This document shows positions 35,474-45,077 of a stretch of 56,677 bases of DNA, one piece after another. Position 1 is the first letter of the stretch, and each line of letters begins with the position of its first letter. The DNA is from Anaerolineales bacterium. Lineage in GTDB: Bacteria > Chloroflexota > Anaerolineae > Anaerolineales > UBA11858. The translations under genes were made by a program, and so were the position numbers. The notes under the pieces are model-generated. The model was not told where the DNA came from. It saw only the letters and a program-made list of their open reading frames with translations, and did no database searches. The stretch spans positions 1 to 56,677 of the forward strand of contig JADHXE010000002.1 in assembly GCA_016783125.1 (NCBI GenBank). The letters are read 5' to 3'.

Positions 35474-35603
35474 GTAACTGCTCAACCATCGAGAGAAAGT
35501 TCCCGAAAAAGGGTGTGCGTGGGGGACGCGCTTTGCGTGCCTTTGGCAGTCCCCCACGCACACCCTTTTTTCGGGGTATCTCTCACTTGGGCTGAGTAGT
35601 TAC
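35474..35603. repeat. Composite nested palindrome with its own pair of outer arms
   Basis: Inner cccgaaaaagggtgtgcgtggggga (35502-35526) / tcccccacgcacaccctttttt-cgggg (35550-35576). Outer gtaactgctcaaccatcgagagaaag versus tatctctcacttgggctgagtagttac (about 20/28 complementary). Confidence 0.8.
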
Positions 35604-35621
35604 GTTAGGTAGTTACGTTAG
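35596..35621. repeat. Perfect tandem duplication of a 13-mer
   Basis: gtagttacgttag x2 (35596-35608, 35609-35621), overlapping the end of the composite palindrome. Confidence 0.9.
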
Positions 35622-35675
35622 ATGTATGTTCTAGCTGATATTCGCAAAAGGGAATGTTAAGTTTTGGGAAAAGTT

Positions 35676-38600
35676 ATGGCAACCGATATCCACGAATTAT
35701 TATCTCAACTCGACAGTGCAAACGTTTCAGAAGAGAAGATCGATCTCCTAATTTCATTGAGCGAGAAGTTATTGCATAGCGATCCAAAGCGTGCTCTTCA
35801 ATACAGCCAACAAGCCTATGAAATCGCCACCACTGGCGAATTTGCTGACCAGCTTACTACCAAGGCTGGAGCAACCTGTTGTTTACAGATGGGGAAAGCC
35901 AATTTAATACTGGGAAATTATGCTCTGGCCCACTCACAGGTTGCGGAAGCTCTGGCATTAGCTGAGGAGTTGCAGGCCAAAGCTGAGATCATTCAATGCC
36001 TTCAAGCACTTAGTGATGTCTACAAAAAACAGGGGGACTACCAATCCGCGTTGAGCCATTTTGAAACAATGTCTGCATTAAAAGAAGAACTCTTCAACGA
36101 AAAATCTGCCCAGCGTCTCGCAAATTTGACCACCCTCTATGATGTAGAAACGGCTCGTAAAGAGTCTCAGGCTTACCAAATCAAAAGCCAAGAATTGGAG
36201 CAATTGGTCGATGAGCGAACAGCCGAAATTCAAGCTGATGTCCAGGCACGGAAGGAAGTAGAAGATGGTCTGGCGCGCAAAGCGGAGGAATTTGCCCGAT
36301 CCAATAACCTTACTCTTTCCTTGAGTAAAGTTGCAGCAAATTTGCAGGCTATGACAGATCCCGATCAAGTCTTTGCGACTTTGGGAGATGAACTCAAGCA
36401 AATCGGGCTTACTTGTTTTATTGGCCTCTTTGAGTCTCCTGATGTGTTAACCGTCAAATACACATCGATTGAGTCGAAGGCCCTATCGATAGCCGAAAAA
36501 ATTACCGGTATACCCATGCTTGGATATCTCATACCGTCTAACCGGGCGCCTGAAGGGCTTTCCGAACAGGGGCAAGGTATCGTCGCCAACGCGGTTGAAG
36601 TTGCGCACAAAGGATTTTCAACCATTCCCCGCGCAGTTTTAGCGGGCATACTTAAGTTAGTGGGAGTTACACCCGATATGCCGGTTGCCTACGTGCCGAT
36701 GGCAAGTAGGGAAAATCGAATCGGGATGCTGATTGTATGGGGTCTTGATATTCAAGAAACGGATTATCCAGCATTGGAAGTTTTCGCGGCCCAGGCTGCG
36801 GCTGCCATCGAACAGGCCCGCTTATTCAATGAAGCAAAACAGCGCGACCACGAGCTGCGTGCGCTGTATGATCTGGCCGTCGAACTTGATAAAGCCACCG
36901 AACTGCATGATCTGGCGGACATTGTGACCAAAGCCGCCGCAGAGACCTTCGGCGCTACCCATGCCCTCTTTGCCGAATCCGATTCTCGGGACGGAACCGT
37001 ACACGGCATTGCCCCCGCTTTTGGCATAGATGATGAAACTGCGCAGGCATTTGGCTATCAAGTTACCGAAGATCTGTTTGCTATGTGGGATATTGATCAG
37101 CAACCCTCACTTTTCATCACCGATCTTGAGCAGCTCCCCGCGCCGCTGCGCATGCTGGCGAAAAATTTGGCTGTGAACAGCGTGATCGCGGCTCGCATCT
37201 GGGCAGACGATCAATCCTTTGGCATCATTTTCCTCGGGCATCACCGCCCGGATTATTTCAGCGCCGCTGATGCCCAAAGCCTGGAGCCTTTTGGGCAACT
37301 GGCGGCCCTGGCGTTAGCGCGCATCCGCCAATTTGCTTCCGAGCGCGCTGCCCGCCAGCAGGCCGAGACTTTGCAAACAACCGCCACCGCGCTGACCGGT
37401 ACGCTCAATCTGGATGAGACCCTGGCGCTGATCCTGGAACAATTGAAGCGGGTGATTGAATACGACAGCGCATCGCTGATGCTGGTGGAAGGTGAAACGC
37501 TGGAGATCGTTGCTCGTTGGGGCTTGCGCTGCTCGGGCGCCGCGCTCGAAGCACTCCCGCTCGCAAAGCTCCCCCATATCCATAAGATGTTGACCACCCG
37601 CCAATCATCAATCATTGCCAACACCCATACCGATCCTCATTGGGTGACTTTCCCCGGAGGCGAGTATATCCGCTGTTGGCTGGGAGTCCCGCTGATAGTG
37701 GGGGAGCGGGTCTTAGGCCTGCTCAATCTGGATAAAGAGCAGCCTGGATTCTATACCGCTGGACATACCCGGCTTGCTGAAACCTTCGCTGCCCAGGCCG
37801 CTGCAGCCATCGGGCAGGCGCGCTTGTTCGCCACCCTGCAAGATTCCGAAGCTCGCTACCGCACGCTCTTCAACGGCGTACCGGTGGGCCTCTACCGCTC
37901 TACCCCTGAAGGGAGGCTTCTGGATGTCAACCAGGCCATGGTGGATATCTTCAGCTATCCGGACAAAGAGACGATGTTGTCGACCAGAACCGCCGATCTT
38001 TATGTGGACGAGGCCGACCAACGCAGATGGCAGCAGATAATGGAAGAAAACGGCACCGTGACCGGGTTCGAGGTGTTATGCCGCCGCAGTGATGGCAGCA
38101 CCTTTTGGGAACTGGACTCAGCCGTGGCCGTGCATGACGATGATGGGTGTATTCTTCATTATGAAGGCAGCGTCCAGGATATCACCGAGGACAAGAGAGC
38201 GGCGAAAGCACTCCAGGAAAGCAACCAAAGATATGCTGCCTTATATAATCATTCTAATGATGCTGTTTTCATCCTAGGTTTAGATGGCGTTCACCTGGAT
38301 GCCAACCAGCGCGCTGTTGAAATGCTGGGATATGAATTGGAAGAATTGATCGGCATGTCAGTTGAGCAGACCGTTGCTCCCCAGGAATATCCTGACTCTC
38401 TGGGTAAATTGGAAGACCTGCTGTCGGGACAAAGGCTGCCAATCTATGAGCGCTTATTTCGCCGGAAAGATGGCTCGCTGATACCAGTAGAAATCAATGC
38501 AACGCTGGTGAATGATGACCAGGGACAACCACGCTATATTCAGAGTACCGTGCGCGACATCACCGAACGCAAGCAACAGGAAGCGACTCGCCAACGCTAT

Positions 38601-41600
38601 GCATTTATCGCCAATACTTCCAGAGACTTAATGAGCCTGATCGATGAAAGCTATACTTACAAAACTGTGAACCAGGCCTATTGCCGGGCATTGGGCGAAA
38701 AACAAGCCGAGATTATCGGAAAAAGTGTGGCCGATATATGGGGGGAAGATCGTTTTGTCGATGAGATCAAAGAACGCCTCGACCGCTGTTTTGCGGGTCA
38801 GGAAATCGACGAACAACTCTGGCTGGAATACCCTACCCTGGGAAAGCGATATATAGAAGTCAATTATTACCCATTCCAAAGGAGTGAAGATAGTCCTATC
38901 CAGGCTGTGGTGATTACCCGCGACATCACCGAACGCAAGAAAGCTGAAGATGAGATCCAAAAGCTAAACAAAGAACTGGAGGATCGTGTCAAGCAGCGCA
39001 CCGCGGAACTGGCGGAAAGTGAAGCTCGTTTCCGATCTGTAGTCGAAGACCAGAATGAATTCATCGGTCGATGGAAGCCGGACGGAACCCTTACCTTCGT
39101 GAACGAACGATATGCAGGATTATTCAAGAAGCCCGCGGAGGAACTGCTCAATCACAATTTCTTCCCATTGATTTCCAAAAAAGCTCAAAATTTAATCGAA
39201 AAGAGGATCAAATCTCTTTCTCCCAATCAACCTGTTGTAACCACAGAAAACTACAGCGCCAGTACAGACAGAAAAGGCAAATGGTATCAGTGGACTGAAC
39301 GGGGAATTTTCGATGAAGAGGGGCACCTGATAGAGATTCAATCCGTGGGCAGGGATATCACTGAACGGAAAGTAGCAGAGGAAGCGCTCAAACGAAGTGA
39401 GGAAAAATTCCGTGCCATTGTGAGCGATCAAACCGAATTCCTGGTCCGTTTTCTACCGGATACGACGCGCACCTTTGTTAACGAGAGTTACTGCCGCCAA
39501 CTGGGCAAACCAGAGGACGAATTAATCGGTACCAGGATTATCGACGAACTCCTAGAGACAGAACAGCACAGGTTCAGAGAAAAATTGGCATCCCTAACGT
39601 CTACGGACCCCGTTGCCACTGATGAATACTATAAAATCGAATCTGACGGTAAAAGAATTTGGGAAACTTGGACGGATCGCGGCATATTCAACGAGAAGGG
39701 GGAGCTGGTAGAAATTCAGGCTGTAGGCTGGGATATTACCCAAAAGAAACAAAACGAGCAGGAAATGCTGCTGCAAAATGCTGCCCTGGAAGCTGCTGCC
39801 AATGCCATTGTCATCACTGAGACTGACGGTACGATCGCTTGGGTGAACCCGGCCTTTACCCGTCTGACCGGTTACACGCTGGAAGAAGCTGTGGGGAATA
39901 ATCCCAGGGTGCTCAACTCAGGCCAGCACGATGAAGATTTCTTCAGGGATTTATGGGGTACCATCAAGTCCGGGCAAGTTTGGCAGGGAGAGGTGGTCAA
40001 TCGACGCAAAGATGGCAATCTGTATTCCGAGGAGATGACCATCACCCCGGTGCTAGACAAGACTGGCGCGATCCTCCATTTCATTGCTGTCAAACAAGAC
40101 ATCACCGAGCGCAAGAAGACCGAGGAGACGCTCGTCGAAGCTGAGGAACGTAGTCGCTTGCTGCTCGAATCCGCCGGGGAAGGCATTTTTGGGGTTGACC
40201 GTGAAGGAAGACTGATTTTCATCAACCCCTCGGCGACGAACATGCTTGGTTATGAACCGGAGGAGATGAATGGCGCACTGATGCACGAGATGATTCATCA
40301 CAGTTATGGGGATGGACGTCCCAACCCAGTTGAGCAGTGTCCCATGTGCAAGGCGTACACGAATGGCCAACGGTGTGAGGTTGACGACGAGGTGCTGTGG
40401 CGCAAAGACGGTACAAACTTCAGCGTATACTACACTAGCACCCCGATCCAGAAGGATAGAGAGCTTATCGGCGCGGTCATTACGTTCAGGGATATTACCA
40501 AACGCAAGAAAGCTGAAGTAGAACTTGAAAAAGCCAAAGCTGCTGCCGAAACTGCCAACCAGGCCAAAAGTGAATTCCTGGCCAATATGTCCCATGAGAT
40601 CCGCACCCCGATGAACGCTATCCTCGGGTACGCTCAACTCATGCAGCGCGACCCTGCCCTGACACCAGGCCAGGGCCAGTCGCTCGAAATCATCCATCAC
40701 AGCGGTGAGCATTTATTAGGCCTGATCAACGATATCCTGGAAATTTCTAAGATCGAAGCGGGGCGCGTCGATTTGCAATTGGAAGCCTCCGACCTGTATG
40801 CCTTACTGTCCGATCTAGAAGTCATGTTTCGCTTGCGAACAAAAAACAAAGAGCTTCAATTGTCCATCGAGCAGAGCAGTGAGCTACCGCGTTATCTCCA
40901 GATGGATGTGGGCAAAGTACGCCAGGTGTTGATCAATCTCCTTGGCAACGCCGTCAAATTCACCGAGCAAGGGGGGATCATCTTACGAATCTGGCATGAA
41001 CCCAATTCAGACGAAACCATGCGGGTCATCATGGAAGTTATCGATACTGGTATTGGGATAGCATCCCAAGAGCTTGACCGGGTGTTCGAGCAGTTTGAAC
41101 AGACCCACAGCGGCAAACAGAGCGGCGGAACCGGGCTGGGGATGACCATCAGCCGTCAATTCGCCCGCATGATGGGCGGGGATGTGACCCTAATTCACAG
41201 TGAAGTTGGCCTGGGCAGCACATTCCGGTTTGAATTCGAAGCCGCCCTATGCGCCGCAGCCGAACCGGAGACTGAATCCGGCCCATCGAAAAAAGTGCAG
41301 CACCTCCTCCCGGGGGGTACACCAGCGCGCATCTTAGTGGTCGAAGATAGTGACGTTAATCGCAATCTTCTGATTAGCGTCCTCACGCAGGTGGGTTTCG
41401 AGACCTTGGCTGCCCGGGATGGCCTGGAAGCCATTGCGGCATTCGAACAATGGGAGCCAGATCTTATCCTCATGGATATCCGCATGCCCAACCTGAACGG
41501 GCTGGAAGCCACACGCCAAATCAAGGAGACCCCCCGCGGAAAGGACACACCCATTTTCCTGGTCACAGCCAGCGCATTGCAAGATGAGCGCGCCGAGGAT

Positions 41601-41942
41601 ATGCAGATTTCCCAGGCTGACGGATTAGTGCGCAAGCCTTACCAGGTTGAAGAGATCTTCGAAATTATTCGGTTGGCTATCGGAAGCGAATATCATTATG
41701 AAGATGATGACGAGTTGCCCGCGACCTCTGAAACGGGGCAACTTAGACCTGAGTCCCTGCTGGCTTTCAGCGCTGAAACCCGCGCGGCGATGCGCGCCGC
41801 CCTTGAAGCGGGAGATATGAATCAACTGCGGGAACATATCGACCGGGTCCGTGCACAGGCGCCTGATCTCGCCCAGACTTTAATAGGCCTGGTGGATCGC
41901 TATGATTATGATCAACTAACGCAACTGCTGAATGGAGCGTAA
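35676..41942 (+). CDS. Giant hybrid sensor histidine kinase (TPR-like N-terminus, GAF x2-3, about 8 PAS/PAC, HisKA-HATPase, receiver, C-terminal helical tail)
   Basis: Repeated PAS-end motif DITERKxxE at least 8 times, H-box SHEIRTPMNAILGY, G-box GTGLGMTISRQF, receiver LMDIRMPNLNG; ATG 35676 (the track starts at TTG 35664). Confidence 0.9.
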   Translation: MATDIHELLSQLDSANVSEEKIDLLISLSEKLLHSDPKRALQYSQQAYEIATTGEFADQLTTKAGATCCLQMGKANLILGNYALAHSQVAEALALAEELQAKAEIIQCLQALSDVYKKQGDYQSALSHFETMSALKEELFNEKSAQRLANLTTLYDVETARKESQAYQIKSQELEQLVDERTAEIQADVQARKEVEDGLARKAEEFARSNNLTLSLSKVAANLQAMTDPDQVFATLGDELKQIGLTCFIGLFESPDVLTVKYTSIESKALSIAEKITGIPMLGYLIPSNRAPEGLSEQGQGIVANAVEVAHKGFSTIPRAVLAGILKLVGVTPDMPVAYVPMASRENRIGMLIVWGLDIQETDYPALEVFAAQAAAAIEQARLFNEAKQRDHELRALYDLAVELDKATELHDLADIVTKAAAETFGATHALFAESDSRDGTVHGIAPAFGIDDETAQAFGYQVTEDLFAMWDIDQQPSLFITDLEQLPAPLRMLAKNLAVNSVIAARIWADDQSFGIIFLGHHRPDYFSAADAQSLEPFGQLAALALARIRQFASERAARQQAETLQTTATALTGTLNLDETLALILEQLKRVIEYDSASLMLVEGETLEIVARWGLRCSGAALEALPLAKLPHIHKMLTTRQSSIIANTHTDPHWVTFPGGEYIRCWLGVPLIVGERVLGLLNLDKEQPGFYTAGHTRLAETFAAQAAAAIGQARLFATLQDSEARYRTLFNGVPVGLYRSTPEGRLLDVNQAMVDIFSYPDKETMLSTRTADLYVDEADQRRWQQIMEENGTVTGFEVLCRRSDGSTFWELDSAVAVHDDDGCILHYEGSVQDITEDKRAAKALQESNQRYAALYNHSNDAVFILGLDGVHLDANQRAVEMLGYELEELIGMSVEQTVAPQEYPDSLGKLEDLLSGQRLPIYERLFRRKDGSLIPVEINATLVNDDQGQPRYIQSTVRDITERKQQEATRQRYAFIANTSRDLMSLIDESYTYKTVNQAYCRALGEKQAEIIGKSVADIWGEDRFVDEIKERLDRCFAGQEIDEQLWLEYPTLGKRYIEVNYYPFQRSEDSPIQAVVITRDITERKKAEDEIQKLNKELEDRVKQRTAELAESEARFRSVVEDQNEFIGRWKPDGTLTFVNERYAGLFKKPAEELLNHNFFPLISKKAQNLIEKRIKSLSPNQPVVTTENYSASTDRKGKWYQWTERGIFDEEGHLIEIQSVGRDITERKVAEEALKRSEEKFRAIVSDQTEFLVRFLPDTTRTFVNESYCRQLGKPEDELIGTRIIDELLETEQHRFREKLASLTSTDPVATDEYYKIESDGKRIWETWTDRGIFNEKGELVEIQAVGWDITQKKQNEQEMLLQNAALEAAANAIVITETDGTIAWVNPAFTRLTGYTLEEAVGNNPRVLNSGQHDEDFFRDLWGTIKSGQVWQGEVVNRRKDGNLYSEEMTITPVLDKTGAILHFIAVKQDITERKKTEETLVEAEERSRLLLESAGEGIFGVDREGRLIFINPSATNMLGYEPEEMNGALMHEMIHHSYGDGRPNPVEQCPMCKAYTNGQRCEVDDEVLWRKDGTNFSVYYTSTPIQKDRELIGAVITFRDITKRKKAEVELEKAKAAAETANQAKSEFLANMSHEIRTPMNAILGYAQLMQRDPALTPGQGQSLEIIHHSGEHLLGLINDILEISKIEAGRVDLQLEASDLYALLSDLEVMFRLRTKNKELQLSIEQSSELPRYLQMDVGKVRQVLINLLGNAVKFTEQGGIILRIWHEPNSDETMRVIMEVIDTGIGIASQELDRVFEQFEQTHSGKQSGGTGLGMTISRQFARMMGGDVTLIHSEVGLGSTFRFEFEAALCAAAEPETESGPSKKVQHLLPGGTPARILVVEDSDVNRNLLISVLTQVGFETLAARDGLEAIAAFEQWEPDLILMDIRMPNLNGLEATRQIKETPRGKDTPIFLVTASALQDERAEDMQISQADGLVRKPYQVEEIFEIIRLAIGSEYHYEDDDELPATSETGQLRPESLLAFSAETRAAMRAALEAGDMNQLREHIDRVRAQAPDLAQTLIGLVDRYDYDQLTQLLNGA

Positions 41943-41944
41943 TA

Positions 41945-43036
41945 ATGATGAACAAAAATAACCAGGCCAATATCATGGTGGTCGATGATATCCCTGAAAA
42001 CTTGAGATTACTAGAAAGCATGTTGCGTAAACAAAACTATCGAGTTTTGTCTTTTCCCCGGGGCAATTTGGCGCTCCAGGCAGCCCAGAAAATTCCCCCG
42101 GACTTGATCTTGCTCGATATCAATATGCCAGAAATGGACGGTTACGAAGTTTGCAGGCAGTTAAAGCTAGACCCACACCTGAGCCAAATCCCCGTCATCT
42201 TCCTCAGCGCTCTGAATGAGGCGAGTGATAAAGTCAGAGCCTTCAATACCGGAGGGGTCGATTACATCACTAAGCCCTTTCAATTTGAGGAAGTCCAGGC
42301 CCGGGTCGAGACCCATTTGCAACTGCGCAGTTTGCAAATGGCCTTGGAGCAAACTAATCTGCGTTTAGAAGAAAAGGTGCAGGAACAAGTCAAAGAGATC
42401 GCTGATTCTCAGATGGCCACCATCTTCGCACTGGCCAAATTGGCTGAGTCTCGGGATGATGATACCGGAAAGCATATCGACCGGGTGCAAGTTTTCTGCC
42501 GCCTGCTGACTGATGAATTGAGTCAGACGACCAAATATCAAACCCAGATCACACCCAAGTATTACGAAAATATTTATCACGCCTCTCCCCTGCACGATAT
42601 TGGCAAAGTGGGTATCGAGGATGGGATTCTGCTCAAACCTGGCAAATTGACCCTAGAAGAATTTGAGATGATGAAAACACATACTGTGATCGGTGCCCAA
42701 ACTCTGGAAGCTGTTAGCGATCGCTACCCTCGCAATGGATTCATCAACATGGGAATTGAAATTGCCCGATCCCATCATGAAAAATGGAGTGGTAGCGGTT
42801 ATCCCGATGGCCTGGCGGGAGAACAAATCCCCTTAGCCGCCCGGATCATGGCCGTTGTTGATGTTTACGATGCCCTTAGGACGAAACGGGTTTACAAACC
42901 CGCTTTCCCGCATGAGAAAGCATTTGAAATCATCACCGAAGACAGCGGTTCGCATTTCGATCCAGAGGTGGTAGCTGCCTTCGAGAAACGGGAAGGACAA
43001 TTTCATGAGTTGAGCCTAAAAATGTCCGATCCCTAG
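41945..43036 (+). CDS. Response regulator with HD-GYP c-di-GMP phosphodiesterase domain
   Basis: Receiver LLDINMPEMDG; HD-GYP HHEKWSGSGYPDGL; starts 2 nt after the kinase stop. Confidence 0.9.
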   Translation: MMNKNNQANIMVVDDIPENLRLLESMLRKQNYRVLSFPRGNLALQAAQKIPPDLILLDINMPEMDGYEVCRQLKLDPHLSQIPVIFLSALNEASDKVRAFNTGGVDYITKPFQFEEVQARVETHLQLRSLQMALEQTNLRLEEKVQEQVKEIADSQMATIFALAKLAESRDDDTGKHIDRVQVFCRLLTDELSQTTKYQTQITPKYYENIYHASPLHDIGKVGIEDGILLKPGKLTLEEFEMMKTHTVIGAQTLEAVSDRYPRNGFINMGIEIARSHHEKWSGSGYPDGLAGEQIPLAARIMAVVDVYDALRTKRVYKPAFPHEKAFEIITEDSGSHFDPEVVAAFEKREGQFHELSLKMSDP

Positions 43037-43052
43037 AATAGAGTTATTCCTG

Positions 43053-43198
43053 AATAGACGAAGTGAGAAATGGGACACGGATAACGGACGCTTTGCGCGA
43101 CGTTGGCGAACACGGACATACTCCTTGCTTTTAGTTTTCAATCCGTGAAAATCTGTGTCGCCATAGGCGCGCCTGCGGTGTCCGTGTACAAATTTTCC
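43053..43198. repeat. Long (about 146-bp) imperfect palindrome of CACGGA/TCCGTG-type units
   Basis: aatagacgaagtgagaaatgggacacgga... versus ...tccgtgtacaaattttccttctgttatt; inner cacggataacggacgc...ggcgaacacggac versus gtgtcgcc...gcggtgtccgtg. Confidence 0.7.
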
Positions 43199-43217
43199 TT
43201 CTGTTATTGGGGAATAA

Positions 43218-43295
43218 GTCTATTATATCCAGGAGCAGTCTGGGACACATTTCGACCCGGATGTGGTGGAGAAGTTTATGCGCATGATCGGTTGA
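43218..43295 (+). pseudogene. Orphan 3' remnant of an HD-GYP/HD-domain gene
   Basis: The frame gives VYYIQEQSGTHFDPDVVEKFMRMIG-stop, parallel to ...IITEDSGSHFDPEVVAAF of the intact gene 41945-43036. It is preceded by an in-frame stop and the palindrome, with no start or N-terminal part. Confidence 0.6.
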
Positions 43296-43313
43296 GCGAT
43301 ATGGGGGTTCTGC

Positions 43314-44585
43314 TTAAATTGTTCTGGACTGAGTGACTTTATCAGGGATGGTTTTTGCTCTCAGGGCTTGACTCACAAACCATAAAGCGCCCAGGACACC
43401 GATGAGGCCCCCGCCATACCAGATGGCCTGGGGGCTGATCTGATCATTGAGAACGCCTCCCACCACCGGCCCAATTCCAGTGGCCACGCCCCAGGTCAGC
43501 GCGAAAACACTCATATAACGACCGCGCATGTCCGCGGGCGCCAGATCAGCCACATAAGTTGTCGCTGTGGGCACCAGCACCAACTCTCCAAAAGTGATCA
43601 CGACCATGCTGCCCCAGAAATCCCAAAAACCATCCCCCAGGGCGATGCTGCCAACACCGAATCCATAGATCAAAGCCCCAAGGGAGAGCATCCACAAAGG
43701 CGCTTTGCGTTTTGTGATGCGCGTGATATATAGTTGCAAGAGCACAACCATTAGGGCATTGGTCATGGGGATGAAACCATATTGACTTTCAATGAGATTG
43801 AAATTCTCTTTACCATAAACAGCCAGCAATACCCACACAATCGAAGTGCTGATTTGCGTTAGCGTAAAAGCGCCGATAAAAACCAGGAATGCTCGATCTT
43901 GGATGATGTGCTGAAAACCAGCTCTTTCTGGAGGGGTGGTGATATCCCCTTGGAAAGCGTTCTTGTCAAGAGTCTCGGGGAGAAATATAGCGATCACCAA
44001 ACCAAAAGATACCAGACCGATCATGGCAGCGATGAAGGCAATATCATAAGATGTGGCAGCGACAAAACCCCCGATCGCTGGGCCTACGGCTATGCCGACA
44101 TTTTTACTCAACCTGGAGAGGGCGTAAGCATCAGCCCGTTTACCCTGGGGGATGAGATCGGCTATCATGGCATCAGCCCCTACCCGAAAGAGGGGGTTTG
44201 CCAGGCCGCGGATGGACATCAGAATGACAAAAGAAATCAATGTGTTGGCATAGATCATGCCCAGGTAGGAAAGCCCGGTTACGAGTAAGCCTACAACCAT
44301 AGCGCCTTTGCGCCCAACCCGATCTGTAATTGGGCCAGCAATGAAGGTTGCCGCGAGGCCTGCCGTAGCGTTGACTGTCATCAGGCTGGCGGTCGCTGTC
44401 ATGGGAAGGTCCAGGCTCGCGCTGACATAGATCATCAGATAGGGCCAGATCATACTGACGCCTGCAAAACTGATCAGCATGCCCCAGAACAAGAGCCAGA
44501 ATTCTTTCGGATATTGAGCGATATTCAGGCGGAATAATTTTTGCATTGTGTCTACCGATGAATGAAAACCTGAGCATTTTACCAT
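43314..44585 (-). CDS. MFS transporter
   Basis: About 12 hydrophobic helices, DRVGRKG loop motif; alternative start at M14 (44546). Confidence 0.85.
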   Translation of the reverse strand: MVKCSGFHSSVDTMQKLFRLNIAQYPKEFWLLFWGMLISFAGVSMIWPYLMIYVSASLDLPMTATASLMTVNATAGLAATFIAGPITDRVGRKGAMVVGLLVTGLSYLGMIYANTLISFVILMSIRGLANPLFRVGADAMIADLIPQGKRADAYALSRLSKNVGIAVGPAIGGFVAATSYDIAFIAAMIGLVSFGLVIAIFLPETLDKNAFQGDITTPPERAGFQHIIQDRAFLVFIGAFTLTQISTSIVWVLLAVYGKENFNLIESQYGFIPMTNALMVVLLQLYITRITKRKAPLWMLSLGALIYGFGVGSIALGDGFWDFWGSMVVITFGELVLVPTATTYVADLAPADMRGRYMSVFALTWGVATGIGPVVGGVLNDQISPQAIWYGGGLIGVLGALWFVSQALRAKTIPDKVTQSRTI

Positions 44586-44636
44586 TGTATGGTCGGTCTC
44601 AGGTATAATTACCGCTCGCAGCTTTCAGCGATCTCG

Positions 44637-45005
44637 TCTTAGTGCTTACCGCCAAGACGCAAAGAACGCGAAGGAAAGGAATTTTTCCAGATTATGTAAT
44701 GGTCAACGGGATGATAGCCAGCCGCAGACTTCCGCACCCCGGCTAGGAATCGCCGCCCCATGAATGGGGCTTGTGGGCCATGTGACGTTCGAAAAAGCCC
44801 GATTTTGCTAGCCCGGAGATTGATCTCCGGGTGGACTCGTATCTACTTTTAATGTTAAACCCTAGTGTCGTGTCAAGCGTAATTTAGTCGTTCGTAGTTG
44901 GACACGAGAGTGTCCGTTTCGGGCGCAGGCGAACTCTCGTTCGCTACTACAAACTATCAATATATGCTTGACTGGATACTAGCGCTCTTGGCGTCTTTGC
45001 GGTGG
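44637..45005. repeat. Array-bounded structured intergenic element
   Basis: Left array tcttagtg...gccaagacgcaaagaacgcgaagg (44637-44679) versus right gcgctcttggcgtctttgcggtgg (44982-45005). Core hairpins gcccca-tgaa-tggggc (44755-44770), cccggagat-tg-atctccggg (44812-44831), gacac-gaga-gtgtc (44901-44914), gcgaac-tctc-gttcgc (44929-44944). Confidence 0.65.
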
Positions 45006-45077
45006 AATTTCACAGAAAAGCATTTCGATGCGATTACCTTGTTCATAACGAATATCAAATCAGAAGAGTAAATAATT

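Noticed and set aside
44586-45077. Known riboswitch (guanidine-I/ykkC-like ACTAGGGTT on the minus strand; c-di-GMP-I-like GACGCAAAG on the plus strand)
   Set aside because: Only single short motif matches were found. The remaining conserved elements of those classes are absent, and GACGCAAAG is part of a repeat-unit array.
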